64,000 nt of DNA from a candidate division FCPU426 bacterium (GTDB lineage Bacteria; Oederibacteriota; Muellerivitia; Muellerivitales; Muellerivitaceae), in contig CAVRAL010000001.1 in the NCBI GenBank assembly GCA_963719085.1, positions 928,001-992,000 of the forward strand. The letters run 5' to 3'. Of this stretch, positions 38,662 to 49,313 are shown piece after piece (position 1 is the first letter of the stretch; each line of letters begins with the position of its first letter). The notes under the pieces were generated by a model. It did not search any database, was not told the DNA's origin, and saw nothing but the letters and a program-made list of their open reading frames with translations. The position numbers were made by a program, and so were the translations under genes.

Positions 38662-39972
38662 TTAAAAAGAGTCCAGGTGATTGAAGACCAATCCCGTAAC
38701 GAGCTTGGGATAAAAGTACGTGGATTTTTGGGGCATGCGTTCTTGTTTCATCGCCACATCCCGCAATTGATCGATCCGGGTGGGGTTCAGGAAAAAGACC
38801 AAGCCAAAATCCCGTTTTTTAAGCCTTTGAACCGCTTCCTCGGCTTTGCTGGTGAAAGAAATCTCATGCTCCACCTTTTCCTTGGTGATGCCGAAAAAGG
38901 GTTCCAATACCAGGCGGTGCAAAAGCGTGACATCCAAACCCTTTTGCGCGTCCGACAAGCCCTTCAATAAGTCCGACCCCTTAACCGCCGGTGAAAATTG
39001 AAGCGCGAACAGCTTTTTGCCGTCAAAGGAAAAACCAATCGTCGGGCGCTTAGCGCCCATCTTGGCCAGCCAATTCCAAGGCGCGGAGCCGGCGAGGCTT
39101 TTCCCGTAGGGATGGATCTCCCCCAAGGACGACAATCGGCTCAAAAGAAGCGAAGGCGAATCGGCGAACTTATGCGGCAACATGCGGTGGGTGGGCAGGA
39201 TGACCAAACCCGGATCCCTCATGGCCACAAACATCATCATCACGTGATCGAAAGGACGGCTCCCCAGCTTCCCACCCTTGCCCTTGCCGCGAAAAGCCTG
39301 GTAAGCCAAGGCGGTTTCATAGCGGTGATGGCCATCGGCGATAAAAAGGGTTTCCGATTTCATCTTTTGCCGCAAAGCCGCGATCCATTTGGGATCAGAA
39401 ACTTTCCAGACCTTGTTGACGATCTCTTGCGGATAAGCCACCGTCATGTCAGGCTTGCGGGCCGTCACCTTTTTCAAAAGCGCGCCCACGCCCTTTTGAT
39501 CGGGGTAAAGCGAAAAGATACAGCTGAAATTAGCGTGACAGGCCTTCATCAGTTTAAGGCGATCCGCCTTCGGGCCGCTGAGCGTGTGCTCGTGGGCCAA
39601 GATACCGCCTTTTTTTCCGCCGAAGGGCGTGAGCTGGGACAGCCCCACGAAGCCCGTGCGCTGATAAGTTTTTCCCTCAATCTTAAAAACCTGCTGGTAG
39701 ATGTAAATCGAGGGCGTTTCGTCGCGCTTCAAGGATTCGGATTTTTGCCAGGCTTTAAAATGCCTCTGCGCGGCCGAATAATCGGAAGCCTTGTGTTGTT
39801 CGTGGCTGGGATTGCCGATAATCAACCGGATCACGTTGAGGGGGCTGCTTTTTTGCAGTTCCTTTTTTTGCGCCGTGGAAATGACATCATAGGGGGGCGC
39901 CAAAACCTTGCTCAGATTCGACGATTTTCCTAAAGCGTAACGGACCGCGCGAAAAGGCCTGATTTGTGCCAT
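38662..39972 (-). CDS. DUF1015 family protein
   Basis: IRPFRA, PPYDVI, HEHT, IADGHHRYETA, MPQKSTYFYPKL. Confidence 0.92.
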   Translation of the reverse strand: MAQIRPFRAVRYALGKSSNLSKVLAPPYDVISTAQKKELQKSSPLNVIRLIIGNPSHEQHKASDYSAAQRHFKAWQKSESLKRDETPSIYIYQQVFKIEGKTYQRTGFVGLSQLTPFGGKKGGILAHEHTLSGPKADRLKLMKACHANFSCIFSLYPDQKGVGALLKKVTARKPDMTVAYPQEIVNKVWKVSDPKWIAALRQKMKSETLFIADGHHRYETALAYQAFRGKGKGGKLGSRPFDHVMMMFVAMRDPGLVILPTHRMLPHKFADSPSLLLSRLSSLGEIHPYGKSLAGSAPWNWLAKMGAKRPTIGFSFDGKKLFALQFSPAVKGSDLLKGLSDAQKGLDVTLLHRLVLEPFFGITKEKVEHEISFTSKAEEAVQRLKKRDFGLVFFLNPTRIDQLRDVAMKQERMPQKSTYFYPKLVTGLVFNHLDSF

Positions 39973-40009
39973 GGTTTTTCCTTATTTGATTTCCACACAA
40001 GACTTATTT

Positions 40010-40160
40010 AGCATTGATAAACGCAGATGGACGCCGATAAAGATAGATTTTAATCCGCGTTCATCTGCGTGCGCGTCGCTTCTCCAAATAATAGTTAAGG
40101 TAAGCGACATTGTCCCGGGCTTTCAGAAAATGATAAGGAGGCCCGGGGCATCATTGCAAA
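40010..40160. repeat. Palindromic repeat family A, long form with two-hairpin insert
   Basis: GCATTGATAAACGCAGATGGACGCCGAT arm; GTCGCTTCTCCA...AGCGAC and TGTCCCGGG...CCCGGGGCA insert. Confidence 0.8.
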
Positions 40161-40176
40161 TTGCATTGAATGAATC

Positions 40177-40635
40177 TTAGCTTTTTTTGGAGTGCAGCTT
40201 TTTGACCACATCCAGAAACGCGTCGATATTGTTGAATTGAAGGTAAACGCTGGCGAAACGGACATAAGCCACATCGTCCAAATCCTGAAGCCGGCGCACC
40301 ACCATCTCCCCCACTTCGGTGGAGTTGATTTCCTTCGCCGCCCGTTCCATCAGGTTGTTCTCAATGTCATCCACCAGCGACTCAATGCGCTCCGAGGAAA
40401 CCGGGCGCTTCTCAACCGCCTTGCGGATGCCCGCCACGATCTTCAAACGGTCAAAGGGCTCCCGGCGTCCGTCGCGCTTGACCACCATCGGAAGAATTTC
40501 CTCGATCTGCTCGTAGGTGGTAAACCGTTTTTCGCACTTGAGGCATTCCCGGCGGCGGCGGATGGCGGACCCGCCCTTGCTTGGCCTGGAATCCATCACT
40601 TTATCTTCTTGGTGACCACAAAAGGGGCACTTCAT
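40177..40635 (-). CDS. nrdR: Transcriptional repressor NrdR
   Basis: MKCPFC, DSR, RRRREC, RFTTYE, ATP cone, VAYVRFASVY. Confidence 0.97.
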   Translation of the reverse strand: MKCPFCGHQEDKVMDSRPSKGGSAIRRRRECLKCEKRFTTYEQIEEILPMVVKRDGRREPFDRLKIVAGIRKAVEKRPVSSERIESLVDDIENNLMERAAKEINSTEVGEMVVRRLQDLDDVAYVRFASVYLQFNNIDAFLDVVKKLHSKKS

Positions 40636-40747
40636 GAATGGAACCTCAACCTGTGGTATAGAGTAGCGACGGGCGGAATTATACCACAGGCCGCCGAAAA
40701 TCCACGCGGAACAATGCGTAAGACCTTCGGAAGATCGAAAATCTTTA

Positions 40748-41614
40748 TTAAGGAATGATTTCGGTTCCCACGCCGGAAGGCGTGAAAATTTCTAATAGAA
40801 GCGCGTGGGGCTTGGTGCCGTCAATGATATGGGTCTTATGGACGCCCTTTTTGAGGGCCGTCAAACAGGCTTCCACCTTGGGGATCATGCCACCCGAAAT
40901 GACGCCCTTCTTAATCAACTGGGGCACGTCTTTGGCCTTGAGCGACGACAAAAGGCTTTTGGGATCCTCTTTTTTCCCGCAGATACCCGGCACATCGGTT
41001 AAAAAAATCAATTTTTCAGCCTTCACGGCGCCCGCGATGGCGCCCGCCGCCTCATCCGCGTTCACGTTATAAGTCTGTCCTTTGGGCCCCATCCCCAAGG
41101 GAGCGATCACGGGAATAAACTGCTCCCGGTCTAAAATATCCAATATAGAAGTGTTCACCCGGGATACCTTGCCGACAAACCCCAAGTCTTTCCCCGACTT
41201 CGACTTGACCTTGGACGCTTGGAGCATGGCGCCGTCTTTGCCCGACAAACCCACGGCCTGCCCGCCTAATTGATGGATGACGCTGACAAGCTCTTTATTG
41301 ATTTTCCCCCCCAAGACCATTTCCACCACTTCCATGGTAGGAAGATCGGTGACCCGAAGCCCATCCACGAATTGGGACCGGATCCCCAGCTTTTCCGTGA
41401 TCCGGGAAATATCCTTGCCGCCCCCATGGACCACCACGGGTTTCATGCCGACAAACTTCATCAGCACCACGTCTTGCAGGGTATTTTTGAGTTCTTCCGC
41501 GCCGGCCCGGGTACTGCCGCCGTATTTGACCACTACGGTGGCGCCATACCATTTTCGGATATAGGGAAAAGCCTCAATCAGAATCTGGGCTTTCTGTTGG
41601 GAATCGTTGATCAA
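40748..41614 (-). CDS. argB: Acetylglutamate kinase
   Basis: VVKYGG, VHGGG, GLRVTD, NVNAD, GGMIPKV, LLLEIFT. Confidence 0.95.
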   Translation of the reverse strand: MINDSQQKAQILIEAFPYIRKWYGATVVVKYGGSTRAGAEELKNTLQDVVLMKFVGMKPVVVHGGGKDISRITEKLGIRSQFVDGLRVTDLPTMEVVEMVLGGKINKELVSVIHQLGGQAVGLSGKDGAMLQASKVKSKSGKDLGFVGKVSRVNTSILDILDREQFIPVIAPLGMGPKGQTYNVNADEAAGAIAGAVKAEKLIFLTDVPGICGKKEDPKSLLSSLKAKDVPQLIKKGVISGGMIPKVEACLTALKKGVHKTHIIDGTKPHALLLEIFTPSGVGTEIIP

Positions 41615-41630
41615 GGCGTCGCTCCAGACT

Positions 41631-44012
41631 TTAAGTGGCGGTTGGGGTATCGGCGGGCGCCGCGGGCACGGCAGGCGGCTCAGGAGCCGTGATGATCGCG
41701 CCCGGGGGGGCGGACTCCGCGTTCGGGAATTCCTTATAGTCGCATTCCTTGTTGGGACAGGAGATGTGCGGGCCTAAAGTTTTCGTGTACTTATCCACCA
41801 GGTACAAGCCATGACACGAGGGGCAAGGCCGGTTCACCGGTTTATACCAGGAAATAAATTTACAATCCGGATAGCGGTTGCAGCCGTAAAACACTCCCCG
41901 GCGCGAGCCTCTCGACACCACTTCCCCGCCGCAGCCTAAGGGGCAGGGGATCTTCAGCGAAATCGGCTTGGCGGTCTTGCATTCGGGATACTTGGAACAG
42001 GCCAAAAATTTCCCGAAGCGGCCCATCTTGACCACCATGTCGCTTCCGCACTTCGGGCACTTCTCGTCCGTCGCCGTGTCCGTGTCGATTTGAATGGACC
42101 CGTCCGAGGTTTCCTTCAAGCTTTTGGTGTTTTGGCACTCCGGGTAACTGGCGCAAGCCAAGAACTTTCCATGCCGTCCCCATTTGACGATCATCATCTT
42201 GCCGCATTTTTCACAAGGAATATCGGTGACCTGCTCAATTTTACTTTTTTCCTCGCCAATCAGTTTTTCCGCCTCCGCTAAGGTATCCTTAAAGGGAATA
42301 TAAAAATCGCTGATGACGTTGCGCCATTCCTGTTCCCCGGCTTCCACATGGTCAAGCTCGGTTTCCATCTTGGCGGTAAAGGCGTAATCCAGGATGGTCG
42401 GGAAATTTTTCATCAGGATTTCCAAAACCAAGTTTCCCAATTCGGCCAAAAAGAAACGCCCATTCTCTTTTTTCACGTAATGGCGTGTTTGGATGGTTTC
42501 CAAAGTAGGCGCGTAAGTGGAAGGCCGGCCGATGCCCAATTCTTCCAAAGTCTTCACCATGGAAGCGTCCGTAAACCGGGGTGGCGGCTGGGTAAAATGC
42601 TGCTCGGGGACGGGCACTTGCCATAGCATCGGCTGGCCTTCGGCGATGCCCGAAAGCTTATTGGGGTTCATTTGCTTCTCGTCGCCTTCGCCCTCTTTTT
42701 TGTCCTCATCCGCGGCTTCTTCGTAAACTTTGGTATAGCCCTCAAACAAGGTTTCGGTCCCCGAGGCCCTAAAAACAGCGTCGGCCCCGCTGATTTCCAC
42801 GCTGGTTTCCCGGTACAAGGCGTTGCTCATTTGGCTGGCTAAAAAATCCTCCCAAATCAGCTTATAAAGCTTGAATTGTTCCGGGGTCAAAAAAACCTTC
42901 ATTTGATCGGGGGTGCGGAAAACCGATGTCGGCCGGATCGCCTCGTGGGCGTCCTGGATCTTATTTTTACTGGAAGTGTCCCGGTCCCCGGGGCTCAAAT
43001 ATTTATCCCCGTAGGTCTCGGCGATGAACTTGGCCGCTTCCGCCTTCGCCTCGGGGGAAACGCGCTTGGAATCCGTCCTCATATAAGTAATCAATCCCAT
43101 GGGACCGGAGTCGCCGATCTCCACGCCTTCATAGAGGCCCTGGGCGATCGACATGGTTTTGCGGGCGCCAAAGCGCAGCTGCTTATAGGCTTCCTGTTGT
43201 AATTTGGAAGTCGTGAAAGGCATGGGGGGCTTTTTAGACTTTTCCCGGTGTAAAACCGCCGAAACCTTGAAATCGGCGCTCTTGAGCCGCTCAATGAGGG
43301 CCAGGGTTTCTTCCTGGGTTTTCAAATCGGGCTTTTCGCCGGCCACCTTGGCCAGTTTGGTGCGGATCAGCCGCTTATCCTCGGTCAAGAAATCGGCTTC
43401 CAGGGTCCAATATTCCACCGGCTTGAAACCCTCGATTTCCTTTTCCCGCTCATAGATAAGCCGAAGCGCCACGGATTGAACCCGACCGGCCGAAAGACCC
43501 CGGCGGATATTTTTCCATAATAAAGGACTGATCCCGTAACCCACCAAGCGGTCCAAAACGCGCCGCGCCTGTTGGGCGTTCACCATGTTTAAATCCACTT
43601 CACTGGGCGTCAGGATCGCCTCTTCAATGGCGTTTTTCGTGATTTCATTCAGCCGGAGCCTAAAAAGCGGCGGCGTATTTTCGGTGGCGCTCAAAAAATT
43701 CTTAATATGCCAACCAATGGCCTCCCCTTCCCGGTCCGGGTCGGTCGCCAGATAGACAATGGTTGATTTTTGAGCGGCTTTTTTCAGTTCTTTGATGATC
43801 GAGGCTTTTCCACGGATAGGAATGTATTGGGGCTCAAAATTGGCGTCGACGGCCACGCCTAATTTGCTCTTGGGCAGATCGATCAAGTGCCCCTTGGAGG
43901 CCAGCACGATAAAATCCGAACCCAAATATTTATTAATGGTCTTCGCCTTGGAAGGCGACTCCACGATCACCAGTTTTTTGGTGTTTTCTTTTTTCTTCCT
44001 GGCCTTTGCCAC
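41631..44012 (-). CDS. topA: DNA topoisomerase I with C-terminal Zn ribbons
   Basis: IVESPSKAKTI, DPDREGE, SAGRVQS, ITYMRTDS, GIGRPSTY; GTG 44012 with GGGGAG. Confidence 0.97.
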   Translation of the reverse strand: MAKARKKKENTKKLVIVESPSKAKTINKYLGSDFIVLASKGHLIDLPKSKLGVAVDANFEPQYIPIRGKASIIKELKKAAQKSTIVYLATDPDREGEAIGWHIKNFLSATENTPPLFRLRLNEITKNAIEEAILTPSEVDLNMVNAQQARRVLDRLVGYGISPLLWKNIRRGLSAGRVQSVALRLIYEREKEIEGFKPVEYWTLEADFLTEDKRLIRTKLAKVAGEKPDLKTQEETLALIERLKSADFKVSAVLHREKSKKPPMPFTTSKLQQEAYKQLRFGARKTMSIAQGLYEGVEIGDSGPMGLITYMRTDSKRVSPEAKAEAAKFIAETYGDKYLSPGDRDTSSKNKIQDAHEAIRPTSVFRTPDQMKVFLTPEQFKLYKLIWEDFLASQMSNALYRETSVEISGADAVFRASGTETLFEGYTKVYEEAADEDKKEGEGDEKQMNPNKLSGIAEGQPMLWQVPVPEQHFTQPPPRFTDASMVKTLEELGIGRPSTYAPTLETIQTRHYVKKENGRFFLAELGNLVLEILMKNFPTILDYAFTAKMETELDHVEAGEQEWRNVISDFYIPFKDTLAEAEKLIGEEKSKIEQVTDIPCEKCGKMMIVKWGRHGKFLACASYPECQNTKSLKETSDGSIQIDTDTATDEKCPKCGSDMVVKMGRFGKFLACSKYPECKTAKPISLKIPCPLGCGGEVVSRGSRRGVFYGCNRYPDCKFISWYKPVNRPCPSCHGLYLVDKYTKTLGPHISCPNKECDYKEFPNAESAPPGAIITAPEPPAVPAAPADTPTAT

Positions 44013-44061
44013 GAAAAACTCCCCGGAGCGGACTTGAGCTGATTCGGACCGCCGATTCGCA

Positions 44062-44090
44062 AGAATAGGTAGAGGAGATATTTTTGTCAA
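44062..44090 (-). promoter_or_regulatory. sigma70-type promoter of topA
   Basis: Minus strand TTGACA-17 bp-TATTCT. Confidence 0.6.
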
Positions 44091-44195
44091 GTTTTCTCAA
44101 TAAACAGCGTGACACACCCGCGTCCTTTCAGAGGCCGTCTAACGCGGTTATTTCGTTTTAAAGTCAGGGGAAAGTTCAAATTCAGCGGGGGAAAA

Positions 44196-45314
44196 TCACA
44201 ACCTTAAATAACAGTGGCCGGGCGCCTGCTCCACCAATCCCTTGATTTCCAAAACCAGCAATAGCTCGTTCAAACGCCGGGAGGGCAAGCCCACCGATCG
44301 GCTTAAGGCGTCCACGTGCAAGGGATCGTTTCCCATTTGTTCCAAAACAATTTTTTCCTCATCGGTGACTTCCGCCGAAGCCTGCGGCGCCGTTCCCGGA
44401 GCGAGGAAGGGCTGGGAGCGGTAAATTTTCTCGGCCTTGCGGTCCTGCAACTCGTCGAAAATATCCTGCACCCCCACCACCAAACGGGCGCCTTGCTGGA
44501 TCAGCGAATGGGTTCCCTCGGACTGCGTGTGGTTGACGGGCCCGGGAACGGCGAAAACCGGTTTGCCTTGCTCCATAGCGTGGTCCACCGTGATAAAAGA
44601 ACCGCTGTTTTTGTTGGCTTCCACGACCAAAACCCCTTTGGAAGCGCCGCTGATCAGGCGGTTGCGCTGGGGAAAGTGAAGGGCCAGGGGTTTTCCCGCC
44701 AAGGGATACTCGCTGAACAAAGCGCCTTGCTCCGCGATCCGTTCGGCCAATTTTTTGTTTTCCGGCGGATAAAGATTTAAAAGACCGCTGCCCAAAAAAG
44801 CCAGCGTCCGGCCGGCCGAAAAGCGAAGCGCCCCTTGATGCGCCAAGGAATCAATCCCCCGGGCCAATCCGGAAACGACCGTGTACCCGGAGCGGGCCAA
44901 ATCATAAGCCAGGCGTCCCGCCACATCCCTTCCATAAGAACTAGGTTGACGGCATCCGATCACCGCCAGCGCCTTTTCATCCTGGGGCAGGTAGGAGCCT
45001 CTCATCCACAAAACAAAGGGCGGGTCATAAAGCGTCTTTAACGCCTTGGGGAAAGCCTCGTCATTCTCGACTAATAAAGAAATACCGGCCGCCTCAGCCT
45101 TTTCGATTTCCCGGTTACCCCGTTCTTCGGGATTTTCAAGCGCGAGAACCTTGCGGGCCACCGCGATTGTCCAAGTGGGCAGATAGGAAAGTCGGTCTTC
45201 GGCGGCCCCAAAAACATCGCTTAAATTGGGGAAAGAAAGCCTCAAGGCGGCCAGCCGGCGGGGCCCCACCACACCCGTCAAATGAAGGGCCAAAAGGGTT
45301 TGCCGTTCGTTCAT
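44196..45314 (-). CDS. dprA: DNA-protecting protein DprA
   Basis: VSGLARGID, FPQRNRLISG, VVEA...SGS, C-terminal winged helix. Confidence 0.96.
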   Translation of the reverse strand: MNERQTLLALHLTGVVGPRRLAALRLSFPNLSDVFGAAEDRLSYLPTWTIAVARKVLALENPEERGNREIEKAEAAGISLLVENDEAFPKALKTLYDPPFVLWMRGSYLPQDEKALAVIGCRQPSSYGRDVAGRLAYDLARSGYTVVSGLARGIDSLAHQGALRFSAGRTLAFLGSGLLNLYPPENKKLAERIAEQGALFSEYPLAGKPLALHFPQRNRLISGASKGVLVVEANKNSGSFITVDHAMEQGKPVFAVPGPVNHTQSEGTHSLIQQGARLVVGVQDIFDELQDRKAEKIYRSQPFLAPGTAPQASAEVTDEEKIVLEQMGNDPLHVDALSRSVGLPSRRLNELLLVLEIKGLVEQAPGHCYLRL

Positions 45315-45318
45315 ACGC

Positions 45319-46434
45319 TTAATCCGATAAAACCGCTTTGTTGGGACCGGCTTGTTGAGCTTGTTGAAGAAGCGTCATGGCCTTCTCATACAGCCCTTTC
45401 GGATCGGTCGAATTTTCCGGGTACGACGAGGCGCTGAGGTTGATGTAAACCGCGGGGGTGGTCCCAAGAATTTGTTTGAAAAATTTGAACACGCGCTTGG
45501 CGATGATCCCGCAGGTATTGGTAGCGGTATCCGGAAGCACGATGGCGTATTGATTGGGCGATACGCGGCAAAGCACGTCCACCCGCCTTAAACTTTTAAT
45601 GAGCACTTCGGCGATATGGGCCGCCACTAAATTTTCATCGGGCCGGGCTTCGCCTTCGGTGAAGCCCACGCTTAAGATCAGCAGGCACATATTCCGGGAA
45701 TAACGACGGGCCCGTTCCACCTCAATGCCCAGGCTTTCATCAAAATAGCTTCGATTATAAAGCCGGGTCACCGAGTCCACCAAATGCGTCGAACGGTTCG
45801 GAACTCCCGGCAGCAATTGCTGTTCCTCCTCGACGATCTCTTCGAGGGAGCGCGCTTTGGCCGAAGCCGCATTGGACGCGCTGGGCGCGGCCGCGGATGG
45901 AGCGACGGGCGGCGGCGCGGCGGCGGGCGGGGCCATCTTGGCCTTCGCGATTTTTTCCACCGTGCCGCTTAAAAGTTCTTTCCACATGGTCCAAACCTGG
46001 CTCACATCCTGCACCAAGGGCAAGGCGTAAGTCCTGGAATCCACATGGCCGCAGCCCAAAAGCAAATATTCTTTTCCCGGGGTGTTGTAAACCATGAACA
46101 TGGCGCTTTTGGGTTTTTGCATCCTCAGCGAGCCATATTGATTAAAGGTGGGCTTCCCCGTGATATCGGTGTAAACCTTGATCGGCAAACGGGTGAGGGC
46201 CACTTTTTCCTCCGGTCCCAACCGGTATAGGCTGGCGTCCATCACATCAGCGTTGCCCGCGAAAGTGATCGGAATCAGTTCCTCTTCCGGCGTGGCGGCG
46301 GCCGCCACAAAAACCGTATCGAACTGATATTGGGTCATAATTTCAGAGCAGGCGTCTTTTAGATTATCGGCGGAAGGAGGATTTTTTTTACAGGCAAGAA
46401 TGAGTTTGTCTAATAGTTCGGAAGCCGTTGGCAT
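45319..46434 (-). CDS. Degenerate GGDEF-domain protein with intact RxxD I-site
   Basis: DSVTRLYNR...EVERARRY; LRRVDVLCRV-SPNQY in place of GGDEF; uncharacterised N-terminal domain and Ala/Pro linker. Confidence 0.75.
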   Translation of the reverse strand: MPTASELLDKLILACKKNPPSADNLKDACSEIMTQYQFDTVFVAAAATPEEELIPITFAGNADVMDASLYRLGPEEKVALTRLPIKVYTDITGKPTFNQYGSLRMQKPKSAMFMVYNTPGKEYLLLGCGHVDSRTYALPLVQDVSQVWTMWKELLSGTVEKIAKAKMAPPAAAPPPVAPSAAAPSASNAASAKARSLEEIVEEEQQLLPGVPNRSTHLVDSVTRLYNRSYFDESLGIEVERARRYSRNMCLLILSVGFTEGEARPDENLVAAHIAEVLIKSLRRVDVLCRVSPNQYAIVLPDTATNTCGIIAKRVFKFFKQILGTTPAVYINLSASSYPENSTDPKGLYEKAMTLLQQAQQAGPNKAVLSD

Positions 46435-46595
46435 AAAATCCCCGCTGATAAAAGTGTCGAAAAGTAAAAGCGCCCAAATGAAGCGACAATCATGTTAACA
46501 CGCGAAGCCCCGGGGACCCTTCGAATTAAGAAGGCTGCCTCCGTTTTCAGCCGGCTTATATCGTTATCACGTTTAAACTGGGGATTGGTAAACCT

Positions 46596-47210
46596 TTACT
46601 TGACCTTGATGGCTTGAAAAATGGCCCGCAGGGAAACCGCGTCCGGCACCAATATGAAATACCCGCCGATCACCTCTTGGGCATCAATGAATTTAGTCTC
46701 AATGCAAATCACCTTGACCCCCTCTTCCATGCCTTGGGTGATGGTGGAAAGCAAAGCTCCCGCCATGTCGAAAACCAGGGTGGGTACCGAGATTAAAAGA
46801 AGCATGCCTAAAAACTCATTAAGGGCGCTCAAATAAGCTCCCGTTAAAATGTTCCCCGCTTCTTTTATCGCCGAGTGGCCCATCTCATTAAGTATTTTGC
46901 TGGTTCCCACCGGCTGTTTTAAAAGCATATCAGCCAAATGCAAAGCCGAGTCCCGGGGAAACAACAGGATAATTTTTCCGGTCGCGTCCCCCAAGATGGA
47001 AAGCGTCAAACCCGCCACCAAGGTATTGGGATCCCCCATCAATAGCGGGATCTCCGAAAGGGGCAAAATGGTCGCGTTGGGCACCGTGATATTGATCCGC
47101 TTTCCTAATAATTGGGAAAGCGCGGTGGCGCCATGGCCCGCCCCGATATTTCCCACTTCTTTGAGCGCGTCAATTTGGGCGGGCGTTAATTCATCGAGAT
47201 TGAGCAACAT
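46596..47210 (-). CDS. cheC: CheC-family phosphatase
   Basis: DALKEVGNIGAG and SAIKEAGNILTG (both ExxN sites). Confidence 0.92.
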   Translation of the reverse strand: MLLNLDELTPAQIDALKEVGNIGAGHGATALSQLLGKRINITVPNATILPLSEIPLLMGDPNTLVAGLTLSILGDATGKIILLFPRDSALHLADMLLKQPVGTSKILNEMGHSAIKEAGNILTGAYLSALNEFLGMLLLISVPTLVFDMAGALLSTITQGMEEGVKVICIETKFIDAQEVIGGYFILVPDAVSLRAIFQAIKVK

Positions 47211-49254
47211 GATTCCCTTTCTTAAGGCGTTTGAGATTCTCCAATTGGTTCCGCTTTTCCTTCAAATCCTCAATCAAACTGGAAACGTCCAAAATCAGGG
47301 CGATCCGCCCCGTTCCCAATATGGTCGCGCCCGCGAAACCCCGAATTCCCTTGAGCACCCGATCCAAAGGCTTAATGGCGACTTCCTGCTGGCCCAAAAC
47401 CTCATCCACGATAATCCCGACCCGGGCGTCCCCCACTTCCGCGATCAAGACCGTCTCCACCGAGCGGGAAACCCCCGAAGCGGCCTCCGGCATTTCCAGA
47501 AGCTCGGTTAAATAATATAGAGGAATGACCTCGCCCCTCAACAATAATGCCTCTTGTTGTTGAATATATTTTTTGTCCAAGGGCGTGATGTCCAAAGTTT
47601 CCACGATCCCCACCACCGGAACCGCGAACCGCTCGTCGCCGCTGCGGATCAAAAGCGCCTTAATGATGGCCAAGGTCAGGGGAAACCGAAGTGAAAAGGT
47701 GGTTCCCTGCCCCTTTCGGCTGTGAATCCGAAAGGTTCCGCCCATGGACTCCACTTTCGTTTTCGCCACATCCACGCCCACCCCGCGGCCCGATATCTCA
47801 CTGGCCGATTCCACGGTGGAAAAACCCGGCAAGGCGATCAACCGGACGGCTTCCTCGTCGTTCAACCTTTGAGCCTCATCCCGCGAGATAAGCCCTTTGG
47901 AAACCGCCTTGTTTTTGATGACGTCCGGATCGATCCCCCGCCCGTCATCGGCGACCGAGATGACCACGAAGGACCGCTCGCGCTTGGCTTCCAAACGGAT
48001 CACGCCGTAGGATTCTTTGCCCTCCCGTTCCCGGTCATTGGGGCTCTCGATGCCGTGATCCACCGCGTTTCTCAAAAGATGGACCAAGGGCTCGCCCATT
48101 TCCTCAATAACGGTGCGGTCCAGCTCCACCTCCACGCCGTTCATCTCCAGATCCACATCCTTGCCCAAATTTTTCGCCAGATCCCGCACCATCCTGGGAA
48201 ACCGGTCGAAAATTTGCTTCACCGGCATCAATCGAACCTTGGTGATCTCATCCTGCAGCTCGTCCGTGATGTGATTGAGCTGGGAAAGCGGGTCCGTTAA
48301 ATCTTTCACGTCATTGGAAGCCACCACTTGCTCAAACCGGATCTTGGCGATCACCAGTTCCTGAACCAGGGACATCAATTTGTCGAGCTTGGTCGTATGC
48401 ACCCGCACCGTGGGAAGCACGAATGATTTTTCGTCCGGCATGGGCTCGGCCATGGAACTGAGTGAGCCGCTAGGTTGGGAAGTTTCCGAAACTGCGGCGC
48501 CGGGGTTCCAAACCTCCACTTGGGCCGCCTGGACCTCGGATATTTTCATCAAGCTTTCCCGAATCACCTCGGGTTTTCGATCCGTGATCACCAAAAGCTT
48601 AAACTGGCTCTCAAACTGCCCCTTCTCGATGGCCTCCGGGTCCGGGGCGGCTTTCACGATCTCCCCCTGGTCATTGACCGCGCGCAGGATCATAAAGGCC
48701 CGCACCTCTTTAAAAGCGCTTTGCGGGTCCACCTCCATCAAAATCTCCAAAACGTGAAACCCGCTCATTTTCGCCTGGGAAAGAATGTCCATTTCCTCTT
48801 TTGAAAACGTGAAACCGGACCCGGATATTTTCGCCGCTCCCGGCTCCGCCTTCGACGCCGAATCCGTCTCGGGCGCTTCCGAAACCTTCTTGAGGGTTTC
48901 CAAGATCGCGTCCAGCCCCTCGCCGGATAAATAATCTTGGGACATGAGGGTCCGCACCCAGCTTTCCAGGCGGTCCAAGCAGGCGAACAAAACATCCACC
49001 AAAGAAGACGAGAGCTTTTTTTCCCCCGACCGCACGGGTTCCAACACGCTTTCCATGTGGTGGGTCAAGGTCGCCATAGGCTCATAGCCCATGGTGGCCG
49101 ACATGCCTTTTAACGTGTGGGCTGCCCGGAAAATTTCATTGATGGACTGGGCATGCCCGGGGTTTTTCTCTAACTCCACGAGGGCATTATTGAGGTTGGA
49201 GAGATATTCTTTCGCTTCCGTGAGGAAGGCGTCTTTGTAGTCGCTGTTTTCCAA
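47191..49254 (-). CDS. cheA: Chemotaxis histidine kinase CheA
   Basis: Hpt FRAAHTLKG, P2, HLLRNAVDHGIE, DDGRG, SGRGVGVD, C-terminal CheW domain. Confidence 0.97.
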   Translation of the reverse strand: MENSDYKDAFLTEAKEYLSNLNNALVELEKNPGHAQSINEIFRAAHTLKGMSATMGYEPMATLTHHMESVLEPVRSGEKKLSSSLVDVLFACLDRLESWVRTLMSQDYLSGEGLDAILETLKKVSEAPETDSASKAEPGAAKISGSGFTFSKEEMDILSQAKMSGFHVLEILMEVDPQSAFKEVRAFMILRAVNDQGEIVKAAPDPEAIEKGQFESQFKLLVITDRKPEVIRESLMKISEVQAAQVEVWNPGAAVSETSQPSGSLSSMAEPMPDEKSFVLPTVRVHTTKLDKLMSLVQELVIAKIRFEQVVASNDVKDLTDPLSQLNHITDELQDEITKVRLMPVKQIFDRFPRMVRDLAKNLGKDVDLEMNGVEVELDRTVIEEMGEPLVHLLRNAVDHGIESPNDREREGKESYGVIRLEAKRERSFVVISVADDGRGIDPDVIKNKAVSKGLISRDEAQRLNDEEAVRLIALPGFSTVESASEISGRGVGVDVAKTKVESMGGTFRIHSRKGQGTTFSLRFPLTLAIIKALLIRSGDERFAVPVVGIVETLDITPLDKKYIQQQEALLLRGEVIPLYYLTELLEMPEAASGVSRSVETVLIAEVGDARVGIIVDEVLGQQEVAIKPLDRVLKGIRGFAGATILGTGRIALILDVSSLIEDLKEKRNQLENLKRLKKGNHVAQSR

Positions 49255-49313
49255 AACTTCCCCCGCGCTCGATCATGGGATGACCCAGGGGATATTTTAG
49301 GGTTTTAAACGAT

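Noticed and set aside
40640..40670. NrdR box upstream of nrdR
   Set aside because: Only weak resemblance to the consensus, and no clear tandem pair
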